Shown: one piece after another, positions 50,701 to 64,000 of the stretch | Position numbering within the stretch: position 1 is the first letter of the stretch | Layout: each line of letters starts with the position of its first letter | From: Eledone cirrhosa | Lineage: Eukaryota | Length of the DNA: 64,000 bases | Reading direction: 5' to 3' | NCBI GenBank assembly: GCA_964016885.1 | Contig: OZ024742.1 | Coordinates: 361,336,001 to 361,400,000, forward strand | Translations under genes and position numbers: made by a program | The notes under the pieces: generated by a model | Told to the model about the DNA's origin: nothing | What the model saw: only the letters and a program-made list of their open reading frames with translations | Database searches by the model: none

Positions 50701-53700
50701 GAATGGCTGTGAATAGCCCTTCTCCACAGTGATACCTCTGTCATGTCTACAGGGAATGGCTGTCAATGGCCCGTCTCCACAGTGATACCTCTGCCATGTG
50801 TACAAGGAATGGCTGTCAATGGCCCTTCTCCACAGTGATACCTCTTTCATGTCTACAGGGAATGGCTATCAATGGCCCTTCTCCACAGTGATATCGCTGT
50901 CATGTCTACAGGGAATGGCTGTCAATGGCTCTTCTCCACAGCAATACCTCTGTCATGTCTAGAGGGTATGGCTGTCATTGGCCCTTCTCCACAGTGATAC
51001 CTCTGTCATGTGTATAGGGAATGGCTCTCAATGGCCCTTCTCCACAGCAATACCTCTGTCATGTCTACAGGGAATGGCTGTCAATGGCCCTTCTCCACAG
51101 TGATATCGCTGTCATGTCTACAGGGAATGGCTGTCAATGGCTCTTCTCCACAGCAATGCCCTTGTCATGTCTACAGGGAATGGCTGTCAATGGCCCTTCT
51201 CCACAGTGATACCTCTGTCATGTCTACAGGGAATGGCTGTCAATGGCCCTTCTCCACAGCGATACCTCTGTCATGTCTATAGGGAATGGCTGTCAATGGC
51301 CCTTCTCCACAGCAATACCTCTGTCATGTCTACAGGGAATGGCTGTCAATGGCCCTTCTCCACAGCAATACCTCTGTCATGTCTACAGGGAATGGCTGTC
51401 AATGGCCCTTCTCCACAGTGATACCTCTGTCATGTCTATAGGGAATGGCTGTCAATGGCCCTTCTCCACAGCAATACCTCTGTCATGTCTACAGGGAATG
51501 GCTGTCAATGGCCCTTCTCCACAGTGATACCTCTGTCATATCTACAGGGAATATCTGTCAATGGCCCATCACTATAGTGATACCTCTGTCATGTCTATAG
51601 GGAATGGCTGTCAATGGCCCTTCTCCACAGTGATATCTCTGTCATGTCTACATGGAATGGCTGTCAATGGCCCTTCTCCACAGCAATATCTCTGTCATGT
51701 CTACAGGGAATGGCTGTCAATGGCCCTTCTCCACAGTGATATCTCTGTCATGTCTACAGGGAATGGCTGTCAATGGCCCTTCTCCACAGTGTTATCTCTG
51801 TCATGTCTACAGGGAATGGCTGTCAATGTCCCTTCACCACAGTGTTATCTCTGTCATGTCTACAGGGAATGGCTGTCAATGGCCCTTCTCTACAGTGAAA
51901 TCTCTGTAACGTCTACAGGGAATGGCTGTCAATGGCCCTTCTCCACAGTGATACCTCTGTCATGTATACAGGGAATGGCTGTCAATGGCCCATCTCTATA
52001 GTGATACCTCTGTCATGTCTACAAGGAATGGCTGGCAATAGCCCGTCTCCACAGTGATACCTCTGTCATTTCTACAGGGTATGGCTGTCATTGGCCCTTC
52101 TCCACAGTGATACCTCTGTCATGTCTATAGGGAATGGCTGTCAATGGCCCTTCTCCACAGCAATACCTCTGTCATGTCTACAGGGAATGGCTGTCAATGT
52201 CCCTTCTCCACAGTGTTATCTCTGTCATGTCTACAGGGAATGGCTGTCAATGGCTTTTCTCCACAGTGATACCTCTGTCATGTCTACAGGGAATGGCTGT
52301 CAATGGCCCTTCTCCACAGTGTTATCTCTGTCATGTCCACAGGGAATGTCTGTCAATGGCTTTTCTCCACAGTGATACCTCTGTCATGTCTACAGGGAAT
52401 GGCTGTCAATGGCCCTTCTCTACAGTGAGATCTCTGTCATGTCTACAGGGAATGGCTGTCAATGGCCCATCTCTATAGTGATACCTCTGTCATGTCTACA
52501 AGGAATGGCTGGCAATAGCCCGTCTCCACAGTGATACCTCTGTCATGTCTACAGGGTATGGCTGTCATTGGCCCTTCTCCACAGTGATACCTCTGTCATG
52601 TCTATAGGGAATGGCTCTCAATGGCCCTTCTCCACAGCAATACCTCTGTCATGTCTACAGGGAATGGCTGTCAATGGCCCTTCTCCACAGTGTTATCTCT
52701 GTCATATCTACAGGGAATGGCTGTCAATGGCTTTTCTCCACAGTGATACCTCTGTCATGTCTACAGGGAATGGCTGTCAATGGCCCTTCTCTACAGTGAG
52801 ATCTCTGTCATGTCTACAGGGAATGGCTGTCAATGGCCCATCTCTATAGTGATACCTCTGTCATGTCCACAAGGAATGGCTGGCAATAGCCCGTCTCCAC
52901 AGTGGTACCTCTGTCATGTCTACAGGGTATGGCTGTCATTGGCCCTTCTCCACAGTGATACCTCTGTCATGTCTATAGGGAATGGCTCTCAATGGCCCTT
53001 CTCCAAGGTGATACCTCTGTCATGTCTACAAGGAATGGCTGTCGATGACCCTTCTCCACAGAGATACCTCTGACATGTCTACAAGGAATGGCTGTCAATG
53101 GCCCTTCTCCACAGTGATATCTCTGTCATGTCCACAAGGAATGGCTGTCGATGACCCTTCTCCACAGCAATACCTCTGTCATGTCTACAGGGAATGGCTG
53201 TCAATGGCCCTTCTCCACAGTGATATCTCTGTCATATCTACAGGGAATGGCTGTCAATGGTCCTTCTCCACAGAGATACCTTTGTCATGTCTATAGGGAA
53301 TGGCTGTCAATGGCCCTTCTCCACAGTGATATCTCTGTCATGTCTATAGGGAATGGCTGTCAATGGCCCTTATCCACAGTGATATCTCTGTCATGTCTAC
53401 AGGGAATGGCTGTCAATGGCCCTTCTCCACAGTGTTATCTCTGTCATGTCTACAGGGAATGGCTGTGAATAGCCCTTCTCCACAGTGATACCTCTGTCAT
53501 GTCTACAGGGAATGGCTGTCAATGGCCCGTCTCCACAGTGATACCTCTGCCATGTGTACAAGGAATGGCTGTCAATGGCCCTTCTCCACAGTGATACCTC
53601 TTTCATGTCTACAGGGAATGGCTATCAATGGCCCTTCTCCACAGTGATATCGCTGTCATGTCTACAGGGAATGGCTGTCAATGGCTCTTCTCCACAGCAA

Positions 53701-56700
53701 TACCTCTGTCATGTCTAGAGGGTATGGCTGTCATTGGCCCTTCTCCACATTGATACCTCTGTCATGTGTATAGGGAATGGCTCTCAATGGCCCTTCTCCA
53801 CAGCAATACCTCTGTCATGTCTACAGGGAATGGCTGTCAATGGCCCTTCTCCACAGTGATACCTCTGTCATGTCTATAGGGAATGGCTGTCAAATTGCCC
53901 TTCTCCACAGTGATACATCTGTCATATCTACAGGGAATGGCTGTCAATGGCCCTTCTCCACAGCAATACCTCTGTCATGTCTGCAGGGAATGGCTGTCAA
54001 TGGCCCTTCTCCACAGTGTTATCTCTGTCATGTCTAGAGGCAATGGCTGTCAATGGCGCTTCTTCACAGTGATACCTCTGTCATGTCTACAGGGAATGGC
54101 TGTCAATGGCCCTTCTCCACAGCAATGCCCTTGTCATGTCTACAGGGAATGGCTGTCAATGGCCCTTTTCCACAGTGATACCTCTGTCATGTCTACAGGG
54201 AATGGCTGTCAATGGCCCTTCTCCACATTGTTATCTCTGTCATGTCTACAGGGAATGGCTGTCAATGGCCCTTCTCCACAGCAATACCTCTGTCATGTCT
54301 ACAGGGAATGGCTGTCAATGGCCCTTCTCCACAGTGATACCTCTGTCATGTCTATAGGGAATGGCTGTCAATGGCCCTTCTCCACAGTGATACCTCTGTC
54401 ATGTCTATAGGGAATGGCTGTCAATGGCCCTTCTCCACAGCAATACCTCTGTCATGTCTACAGGGAATGGCTGTCAATGGCCCTTCTCCACAGTGATACC
54501 TCTGTCATATCTACAGGGAATATCTGTCAATGGCCCATCACTATAGTGATACCTCTGTCATGTCTATAGGGAATGGCTGTCAATGGCCCTTCTCCACAGT
54601 GATATCTCTGTCATGTCTACATGGAATGGCTGTCAATGGCCCTTCTCCACAGCAATATCTCTGTCATGTCTACAGGGAATGGCTGTCAATGGCCCTTCTC
54701 CACAGTGATATCTCTGTCATGTCTACAGGGAATGGCTGTCAATGGCCCTTCTCCACAGCCATACCTCTGTCATGTCTACAGGGAGTGGCTCTAAATGGCC
54801 CTTCTCCACAGTGATACCTCTGTCATGTCTATAGGGAATGGCTCTCAATGGCCCTTCTCCACAGCAATACCTCTGTCATGTCTACAGGGAATGGCTGTCA
54901 ATGGCCCTTCTCCACAGTGTTATCTCTGTCATGTCTACAGGGAATGGCTGTCAATGTCCCTTCACCACAGTGTTACCTCTGTCATGTCTACAGGGAATGG
55001 CTGTCAATGGCCCTTCTCTACAGTGAGATCTCTGTAACGTCTACAGGGAATGGCTGTCAATGGCCCTTCTCCACAGTGATACCTCTGTCATGTATACAGG
55101 GAATGGCTGTCAATGGCCCATCTCTATAGTGATACCTCTGTCATGTCTACAAGGAATGGCTGGCAATAGCCCGTCTCCACAGTGATACCTCTGTCATTTC
55201 TACAGGGTATGGCTGTCATTGGCCCTTCTCCACAGTGATACCTCTGTCATGTCTATAGGGAATGACTCTCAATGGCCCTTCTCCACAGCAATACCTCTGT
55301 CATGTCTACAGGGAATGGCTGTCAATGGCCCTTCTCCACAGTGTTATCTCTGTCATGTCTACAGGGAATGGCTGTGAATAGCCCTTCTCCACAGTGATAC
55401 CTCTGTCATGTCTACAGGGAATGGCTGTCAATGGCCCGTCTCCACAGTGATACCTCTGCCATGTGTACAAGGAATGGCTGTCAATGGCCCTTCTCCACAG
55501 TGATACCTCTTTCATGTCTACAGGGAATGGCTATCAATGGCCCTTCTCCACAGTGATATCGCTGTCATGTCTACAGGGAATGGCTGTAAATGGCCCTTGT
55601 CCACAGTGATACCTCTGTCATGTCTACAAGGAATGGTCGTCAATGGCCCTTCTCCACAGTGATACCTCTGTCATGTCTACAAGGAATGGCTGTCGATGAC
55701 CCTTCTCTACAGTAATACCTCTGTCATGTCTACAAGGAATGGTCGTCAATGGCCCTTCTCCACAGTGATACCTCTGTCATGTCTACAAGGAATGGCTGTC
55801 GATGACCCTTCTCTACAGTAATACCTCTGTCATGTCTACAAGGAATGGCTGTCGATGAGCCTTCTCCACAGCAATAACTCTGTCATGTGTACAGGAAATA
55901 GCTGTCAATAGCCCTTCTCAACAGTGATATCTCTGTCATGTCTACAGGGAATGGCTGTCAATGGCCCTTCTCCACAGTGATACGTCTGTCATGTCTATAG
56001 GGAATGGCTGTCAATGGCCCTTCTCCACAGTGATATCTCTGTCATGTCTACAGGGAATGGCTGTCAATGGCCCTTCTCCACAGTGATACCTCTGTCATGT
56101 CTACAAGGAATGGCTGGCAATAGCCCGTCTCCACAGTGATACCTCTGTCATGTCTACAGGGTATGGCTGTCATTGGCCCTTCTCCACAGTGATACCTCTG
56201 TCATGTCTATAGGGAATGGCTCTCAATGGCCCTTCTCCACAGCAATACCTCTGTCATGTCTACAGGGAATGGCTGTCAATGGCCCTTCTCCACAGTGTTA
56301 TCTCTGTCATATTACAGGGAATGGCTGTCAATGGCTTTTCTCCACAGTGATACCTCTGTCATGTCTACAGGGAATGGCTGTCAATGGCCCTTCTCTACAG
56401 TGAGATCTCTGTCATGTCTACAAGGAATGGCTGTCAATGGCCCTTCTCCACAGTGATACCTCTGTCATGTATACAGGGAATGGCTGTCAATGGCCCACTC
56501 CATAGTGATACCTCTGTCATGTCTACAAGGAATGGCTGGCAATAGCCCGTCTCCACTGTGATACCACTGTCATGTCTACAAGGAATGGCTGTCAATGGCC
56601 CCTCTCCACAGTGATACCTCTTTCATGTCTACAGGGAATGGCTGTCAATGGCCCTTCTCCACAGTGATATCTCTGTCATGTCTACAGGGAATGGCTGTCA

Positions 56701-59700
56701 ATGGCCCTTCTCCACAGCCATACCTCTGTCATGTCTACAGGGAGTGGCTCTAAATGGCCCTTCTCCACAGTGATACCTCTGTCATGTCTATAGGGAATGG
56801 CTCTCAATGGCCCTTTTCCACAGCAATACCTCTGTCATGTCTACAGGGAATGGCTGTCAATGGCCCTTCTCCACAGTGTTATCTCTGTCATGTCTACAGG
56901 GAATGGCTGTCAATGTCCCTTCACCACAGTGTTATCTCTGTCATGTCTACAGGGAATGGCTGTCAATGGCCCTTCTCTACAGTGAAATCTCTGTAACGTC
57001 TACAGGGAATGGCTGTCAATGGCCCTTCTCCACAGTGATACCTCTGTCATGTATACAGGGAATGGCTGTCAATGGCCCATCTCTATAGTGATACCTCTGT
57101 CATTTCTACAAGGAATGGCTGGCAATAGCCCGTCTCCACAGTGATACCTCTGTCATTTCTACAGGGTATGGCTGTCATTGGCCCTTCTCCACAGTGATAC
57201 CTCTGTCATGTCTATAGGGAATGGCTCTCAATGGCCCTTCTCCACAGCAATACCTCTGTCATGTCTACAGGGAATGGCTGTCAATGTCCCTTCTCCACAG
57301 TGTTATCTCTGTCATGTCTACAGGGAATGGCTGTCAATGGCTTTTCTCCACAGTGATACCTCTGTCATGTCTACAGGGAATGGCTGTCAATGGCCCTTCT
57401 CCACAGTGTTATCTCTGTCATGTCTGCAGGGAATGTCTGTCAATGGCTTTTCTCCACAGTGATACCTCTGTCATGTCTACAGGGAATGGCTGTCAATGGC
57501 CCTTCTCTACAGTGAGATCTCTGTCATGTCTACAGGGAATGGCTGTCAATGGCCCATCTCTATAGTGATACCTCTGTCATGTCTACAAGGAATGGCTGGC
57601 AATAGCCCGTCTCCACAGTGATACCTCTGTCATGTCTACAGGGTATGGCTGTCATTGGCCCTTCTCCACAGTGATACCTCTGTCATGTCTATAGGGAATG
57701 GCTCTCAATGGCCCTTCTCCACAGCAATACCTCTGTCATGTCTACAGGGAATGGCTGTCAATGGCCCTTCTCCACAGTGTTATCTCTGTCATATCTACAG
57801 GGAATGGCTGTCAATGGCTTTTCTCCACAGTGATACCTCTGTCATGTCTACAGGGAATGGCTGTCAATGGCCCTTCTCTACAGTGAGATCTCTGTCATGT
57901 CTACAGGGAATGGCTGTCAATGGACCATCTCTATAGTGATACCTCTGTCATGTCTACAAGGAATGGCTGGCAATAGCCCGTCTCCACAGTGATACCTCTG
58001 TCATGTCTACAGGGTATGGCTGTCATTGGCCCTTCTCCAGAGTGATACCTCTGTCATGTCTATAGGGAATGGCTCTCAATGGCCCTTCTCCACAGCAATC
58101 CCTCTGTCATGTCTACAGGGAATGGCTGTCAATGGCCCTTCTCCACAGTGATATCTCTGTCATGTCTACAGGGAATGGCTGTCAATGGCCCTTCTCCACA
58201 GCCATACCTCTGTCATGTCTACAGGGAGTGGCTCTAAATGGCCCTTGTCCACAGTGATACCTCTGTCATGTCTACAGGGAATGGCTGTCAATGGCCCTTC
58301 TCCAAGGTGATACCTCTGTCATGTCTACAAGGAATGGCTGTCGATGACCCTTCTCCACAGAGATACCTCTGACATGTCTACAAGGAATGGCTGTCAATGG
58401 CCCTTCTCCACAGTGATATCTCTGTCATGTCCACAAGGAATGGCTGTCGATGACCCTTCTCCACAGCAATACCTCTGTCATGTCTACAGGGAATGGCTGT
58501 CAATGGCCCTTCTCCACAGTGATATCTCTGTCATATCTACAGGGAATGGCTGTCAATGGTCCTTCTCCACAGAGATATCTTTGTCATGTCTATAGGGAAT
58601 GGCTGTCAATGGCCCTTCTCCACAGTGATATCTCTGTCATGTCTATAGGGAATGGCTGTCAATGGCTCTTATCCACAGTGATATCTCTGTCATGTCTACA
58701 GGGAATGGCTCTCAATGGCCCTTCTCCACAGTGATATCTCTACCATGTCTACAGGGAATGGCTGTCAATGGACCTTCTCCACAGTGATCCCTCTACCATG
58801 TCTACAGGGAATGGCTGTCAATGGTCGTTCTCCTCAGTAATACCTCTGTCATGTCTATAGGGAATGGCTGTCAATGGCCCTTATCCACAGTGATATCTCT
58901 GTCATGTCTACAGGGAATGACTGTCAATGGCCTTTCTCCACAGTGTTATCTCTGTCATGTCTACAGGGAATGGCTGTGAATAGCCCTTCTCCACAGTGAT
59001 ACCTCTGTCATGTCTACAGGGAATGGCTGTCAATGGCCCGTCTCCACAGTGATACCTCTGTCATGTGTACAAGGAATGGCTGTCAATGGCCCTTCTCCAC
59101 AGTGATACCTCTTTCATGTCTACAGGGAATGGCTATCAATGGCCCTTCTCCACAGTGATATCGCTGTCATGTCTACAGGGAATGGCTGTCAATGGCTCTT
59201 CTCCACAGCAATACCTCTGTCATGTCTAGAGGGTATGGCTGTCATTGGCCCTTCTCCACATTGATACCTCTGTCATGTGTATAGGGAATGGCTCTCAATG
59301 GCCGTTCTCCACAGCAATACCTCTGTCATGTCTACAGGGAATGGCTGTCAATGGCCCTTCTCCACAGTGATACATCTGTCATATCTACAGGGAATGGCTG
59401 TCAATGGCCCTTCTCCACAGCAATACCTCTGTCATGTCTGCAGGGAATGGCTGTCAATGGCCCATCTCCACAGTGTTATCTCTGTCATGTCTACAGGGAA
59501 TGGCTGTCAATGGCGCTTCTTCACAGTGATACCTCTGTCATGTCTACAGGGAATGGCTGTCAATGGCCCTTCTCCACAGCAATGCCCTTGTCATGTCTAC
59601 AGGGAATGGCTGTCAATGGCCCTTCTCCACAGTGATACCTCTGTCATGTCTACAGGGAATGGCTGTCAATGGCCCTTCTCCACAGTGTTATCTCTGTCAT

Positions 59701-62700
59701 GTCTACAGGGAATGGCTGTCAATGGCCCTTCTCCACAGTGATACCTCTGTCATGTCTATAGGGAATGGCTGTCAATGGCCCTTCTCCACAGCAATACCTC
59801 TGTCATGTCTACAGGGAATGGCTGTCAATGGCCCTTCTCCACAGCAATACCTCTGTCATGTCTACAGGGAATGGCTGTCAATGGCCCTTCTCCACAGTGA
59901 TACCTCTGTCATGTCTATAGGGAATGGCTGTCAATGGCCCTTCTCCACAGCAATACCTCTGTCATGTCTATAGGGAATGGCTGTCAATGGCCCTTCTCCA
60001 CAGTGATACCTCTGTCATATCTACAGGGAATATCTGTCAATGGCCCATCACTATAGTGATACCTCTGTCATGTCTATAGGGAATGGCTGTCAATGGCCCT
60101 CCTCCACAGTGATATCTCTGTCATGTCTACAGGGAATGGCTGTCAATGGCCCTTCTCCACAGTGATATCTCTGTCATGTCTACAGGGAATGGCTGTCAAT
60201 GGCCCTTCTCCACAGCCATACCTCTGTCATGTCTACAGGGAGTGGCTCTAAATGGCCCTTCTCCACAGTGATACCTCTGTCATGTCTATAGGGAATGGCT
60301 CTCAATGGCCCTTCTCCACAGCAATACCTCTGTCATGTCTACAGGGAATGGCTGTCAATGGCCCTTCTCCACAGTGTTATCTCTGTCATGTCTACAGAGA
60401 ATGGCTGTCAATGTCCCTTCACCACAGTGTTATCTCTGTCATGTCTACAGGGAATGGCTGTCAATGGCCCTTCTCTACAGTGAAATCTCTGTAACGTCTA
60501 CAGGGAATGGCTGTCAATGGCCCTTCTCCACAGTGATACCTCTGTCATGTATACAGGGAATGGCTGTCAATGGCCCATCTCTATAGTGATACCTCTATCA
60601 TGTCTACAAGGAATGGCTGGCAATAGCCCGTCTCCACAGTGATACCTCTGTCATTTCTACAGGGTATGGCTGTTATTGGCCCTTCTCCACAGTGATACCT
60701 CTGTCATGTCTACAGGGAATGGCTGTCAATGGCCCTTCTCCACAGTGATATCTCTGTCATATCTACAGGGAATGGCTGTCAATGGTCCTTCTCCACAGAG
60801 ATACCTTTGTCATGTCTATAGGGAATGGCTGTCAATGGCCCTTCTCCACAGTGATATCTCTGTCATGTCTATAGGGAATGGCTGTCAATGGCCCTCATCC
60901 ACAGTGATATCTCTGTCATGTCTACAGGGAATGACTCTCAATGGCCCTTCTCCACAGTGATATCTCTGTCATGTCTACAGGGAATGGCTGTCAATGGCCC
61001 TTCTCCACAGCCATACCTCTGTCATGTCTACAGGGAGTGGCTCTAAATGGCCCTTCTCCACAGTGATACCTCTGTCATGTCTATAGGGAATGGCTCTCAA
61101 TGGCCCTTCTCCACAGCAATACCTCTGTCATGTCTACAGGGAATGGCTGTCAATGTCCCTTCTCCACAGTGTTATCTCTGTCATGTCTACAGGGAATGGC
61201 TGTCAATGGCTTTTCTCCACAGTGATACCTCTGTCATGTCTACAGGGAATGGCTGTCAATGGCCCTTCTCCACAGTGTTATCTCTGTCATGTCCACAGGG
61301 AATGTCTGTCAATGGCTTTTCTCCACAGTGATACCTCTGTCATGTCTACAGGGAATGGCTGTCAATGGCCCTTCTCTACAGTGAGATCTCTGTCATGTCT
61401 ACAGGGAATGGCTGTCAATGGCCCATCTCTATAGTGATACCTCTGTCATGTCTACAAGGAATGGCTGGCAATAGCCCGTCTCCACAGTGATACCTCTGTC
61501 ATGTCTACAGGGTATGGCTGTCATTGGCCCTTCTCCACAGTGATACCTCTGTCATGTCTATAGGGAATGGCTCTCAATGGCCCTTCTCCACAGCAATACC
61601 TCTGTCATGTCTACAGGGAATGGCTGTCAATGGCCCTTCTCCACAGTGTTATCTCTGTCATATCTACAGGGAATGGCTGTCAATGGCTTTTCTCCACAGT
61701 GATACCTCTGTCATGTCTACAGGGAATGGCTGTCAATGGCCCTTCTCTACAGTGAGATCGCTGTCATGTCTACAGGGAATGGCTGTCAATGGCCCATCTC
61801 TATAGTGATACCTCTGTCATGTCTACAAGGAATGGCTGGCAATAGCCCGTCTCCACAGTGGTACCTCTGTCATGTCTACAGGGTATGGCTGTCATTGGCC
61901 CTTCTCCACAGTGATATCTCTGTCATGTCTATAGGGAATGGCTCTCAATGACCCTTCTCCAAGGTGATACCTCTGTCATGTCTACAAGGAATGGCTGTCG
62001 ATGACCCTTCTCCACAGAGATACCTCTGACATGTCTACAAGGAATGGCTGTCAATGGCCCTTCTCCACAGTGATATCTCTGTCATGTCCACAAGGAATGG
62101 CTGTCGATGACCCTTCTCCACAGCAATACCTCTGTCATGTCTACAGGGAATGGCTGTCAATGGCCCTTCTCCACAGTGATATCTCTGTCATATCTACAGG
62201 GAATGGCTGTCAATGGTCCTTCTCCACAGAGATACCTTTGTCATGTCTATAGGGAATGGCTGTCAATGGCCCTTCTCCACAGTGATATCTCTGTCATGTC
62301 TATAGGGAATGGCTGTCAATGGCCCTTATCCACAGTGATATCTCTGTCATGTCTACAGGGAATGGCTGTCAATGGCCCTTCTCCACAGTGTTATCTCTGT
62401 CATGTCTACAGGGAATGGCTGTGAATAGCCCTTCTCCACAGTGATACCTCTGTCATGTCTACAGGGAATGGCTGTCAATGGCCCGTCTCCACAGTGATAC
62501 CTCTGCCATGTGTACAAGGAATGGCTCTCAATGGCCCTTCTCCACAGTGATACCTCTTTCATGTCTACAGGGAATGGCTATCAATGGCCCTTCTCCACAG
62601 TGATATCGCTGTCATGTCTACAGGGAATGGCTGTCAATGGCTCTTCTCCACAGCAATACCTCTGTCATGTCTAGAGGGTATGGCTGTCATTGGCCCTTCT

Positions 62701-64000
62701 CCACATTGATACCTCTGTCATGTGTATAGGGAATGGCTCTCAATGGCCCTTCTCCACAGCAATACCTCTGTCATGTCTACAGGGAATGGCTGTCAATGGC
62801 CCTTCTCCACAGTGATACCTCTGTCATGTCTATAGGGAATGGCTGTCAAATTGCCCTTCTCCACAGTGATACATCTGTCATATCTACAGGGAATGGCTGT
62901 CAATGGCCCTTCTCCACAGCAATACCTCTGTCATGTCTGCAGGGAATGGCTGTCAATGGCCCTTCTCCACAGTGTTATCTCTGTCATGTCTACAGGGAAT
63001 GGCTGTCAATGGCGCTTCTTCACAGTGATACCTCTGTCATGTCTACAGGGAATGGCTGTCAATGGCCCTTCTCCACAGCAATGCCCTTGTCATGTCTACA
63101 GGGAATGGCTGTCAATGGCCCTTCTCCACAGTGATACCTCTGTCATGTCTACAGGGAATGGCTGTCAATGGCCCTTCTCCACATTGTTATCTCTGTCATG
63201 TCTACAGGGAATGGCTGTCAATGGCCCTTCTCCACAGCAATACCTCTGTCATGTCTACAGGGAATGGCTGTCAATGGCCCTTCTCCACAGTGATACCTCT
63301 GTCATGTCTATAAGGAATGGCTGTCAATGGCCCTTCTCCACAGCAATACCTCTGTCATGTCTACAGGGAATGGCTGTCAATGGCCCTTCTCCACAGCAAT
63401 ACCTCTGTCATGTCTACAGGGAATGGCTGTCAATGGCCCTTCTCCACAGTGATACCTCTGTCATGTCTATAGGGAATGGCTGTCAATGGCCCTTCTCCAC
63501 AGCAATACCTCTGTCATGTCTACAGGGAATGGCTGTCAATGGCCCTTCTCCACAGTGATACCTCTGTCATATCTACAGGGAATATCTGTCAATGGCCCAT
63601 CACTATAGTGATACCTCTGTCATGTCTATAGGGAATGGCTGTCAATGGCCCTTCTCCACAGTGATATCTCTGTCATGTCTACATGGAATGGCTGTCAATG
63701 GCCCTTCTCCACAGCAATATCTCTGTCATGTCTACAGGGAATGGCTGTCAATGGCCCTTCTCCACAGTGATATCTCTGTCATGTCTACAGGGAATGGCTG
63801 TCAATGGCCCTTCTCTACAGCCATACCTCTGTCATGTCTACAGGGAGTGGCTCTAAATGGCCCTTCTCCACAGTGATACCTCTGTCATGTCTATAGGGAA
63901 TGGCTCTCAATGGCCCTTCTCCACAGCAATACCTCTGTCATGTCTACAGGGAATGGCTGTCAATGGCCCTTCTCCACAGTGTTATCTCTGTCATGTCTAC
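29721..64000. repeat. 53-bp satellite array, about 645 copies in window, continuing past window end, with higher-order duplications
   Basis: Consensus GTCAATGGCCCTTCTCCACAGTGATACCTCTGTCATGTCTACAGGGAATGGCT, head to tail in one orientation, with rare 51/52/54-bp variants. No TE insertions seen. Confidence 0.99.

Noticed and set aside
29779-63876. Over 150 ORFs (up to 239 aa; MALLHSDTSVMSTGNGCQWPF..., Cys/His-containing) suggesting a repetitive protein or zinc-finger cluster
   Set aside because: The 53-nt unit is not a multiple of 3, so frames cycle every 159 nt. ORF length depends only on whether CAGTGA happens to be mutated to CAGCAA or CAGTGT. There is no C2H2 spacing or codon-position bias.
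29721-64000. CRISPR-like array
   Set aside because: The units are contiguous with no unique spacers, there are no cas genes, and the context is eukaryotic.
29721-64000. Hammerhead-ribozyme satellite
   Set aside because: Neither strand of the monomer has CUGANGA plus GAAA cores.

Overview
AT-rich, CpG-poor eukaryotic DNA. The SINE, RTE and MITE content and the dense (TA)n/(TG)n/(GAT)n tracts suggest a cephalopod (octopus-like) genome; this is inference only. The window has three zones. (1) 1-1630 is the end of a 36-bp tandem array. It runs in frame into, and appears to have been amplified from, the reverse-transcriptase coding region of a decayed RTE LINE (1631-3265). (2) About 3.3-29.7 kb is intron- or intergenic-like DNA packed with decayed RTE and CR1 LINE fragments, tRNA-derived SINEs, mariner/piggyBac/hAT-type MITE remnants, microsatellites, a CpG-eroded tRNA-Gly pseudogene and a few unverified exon-like segments. 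(3) 29721-64000 (open-ended) is a 53-bp satellite of about 645 copies with nested higher-order duplications (583, about 2015, 5354, 14310 and 25440 bp offsets). No complete protein-coding gene is recognisable, and nearly all listed ORFs are translations of repeats. I found no convincing novel multi-gene system. The best leads are the LINE-born satellite, the architecture of the 53-bp array, and some unusual splice-signal arrangements.
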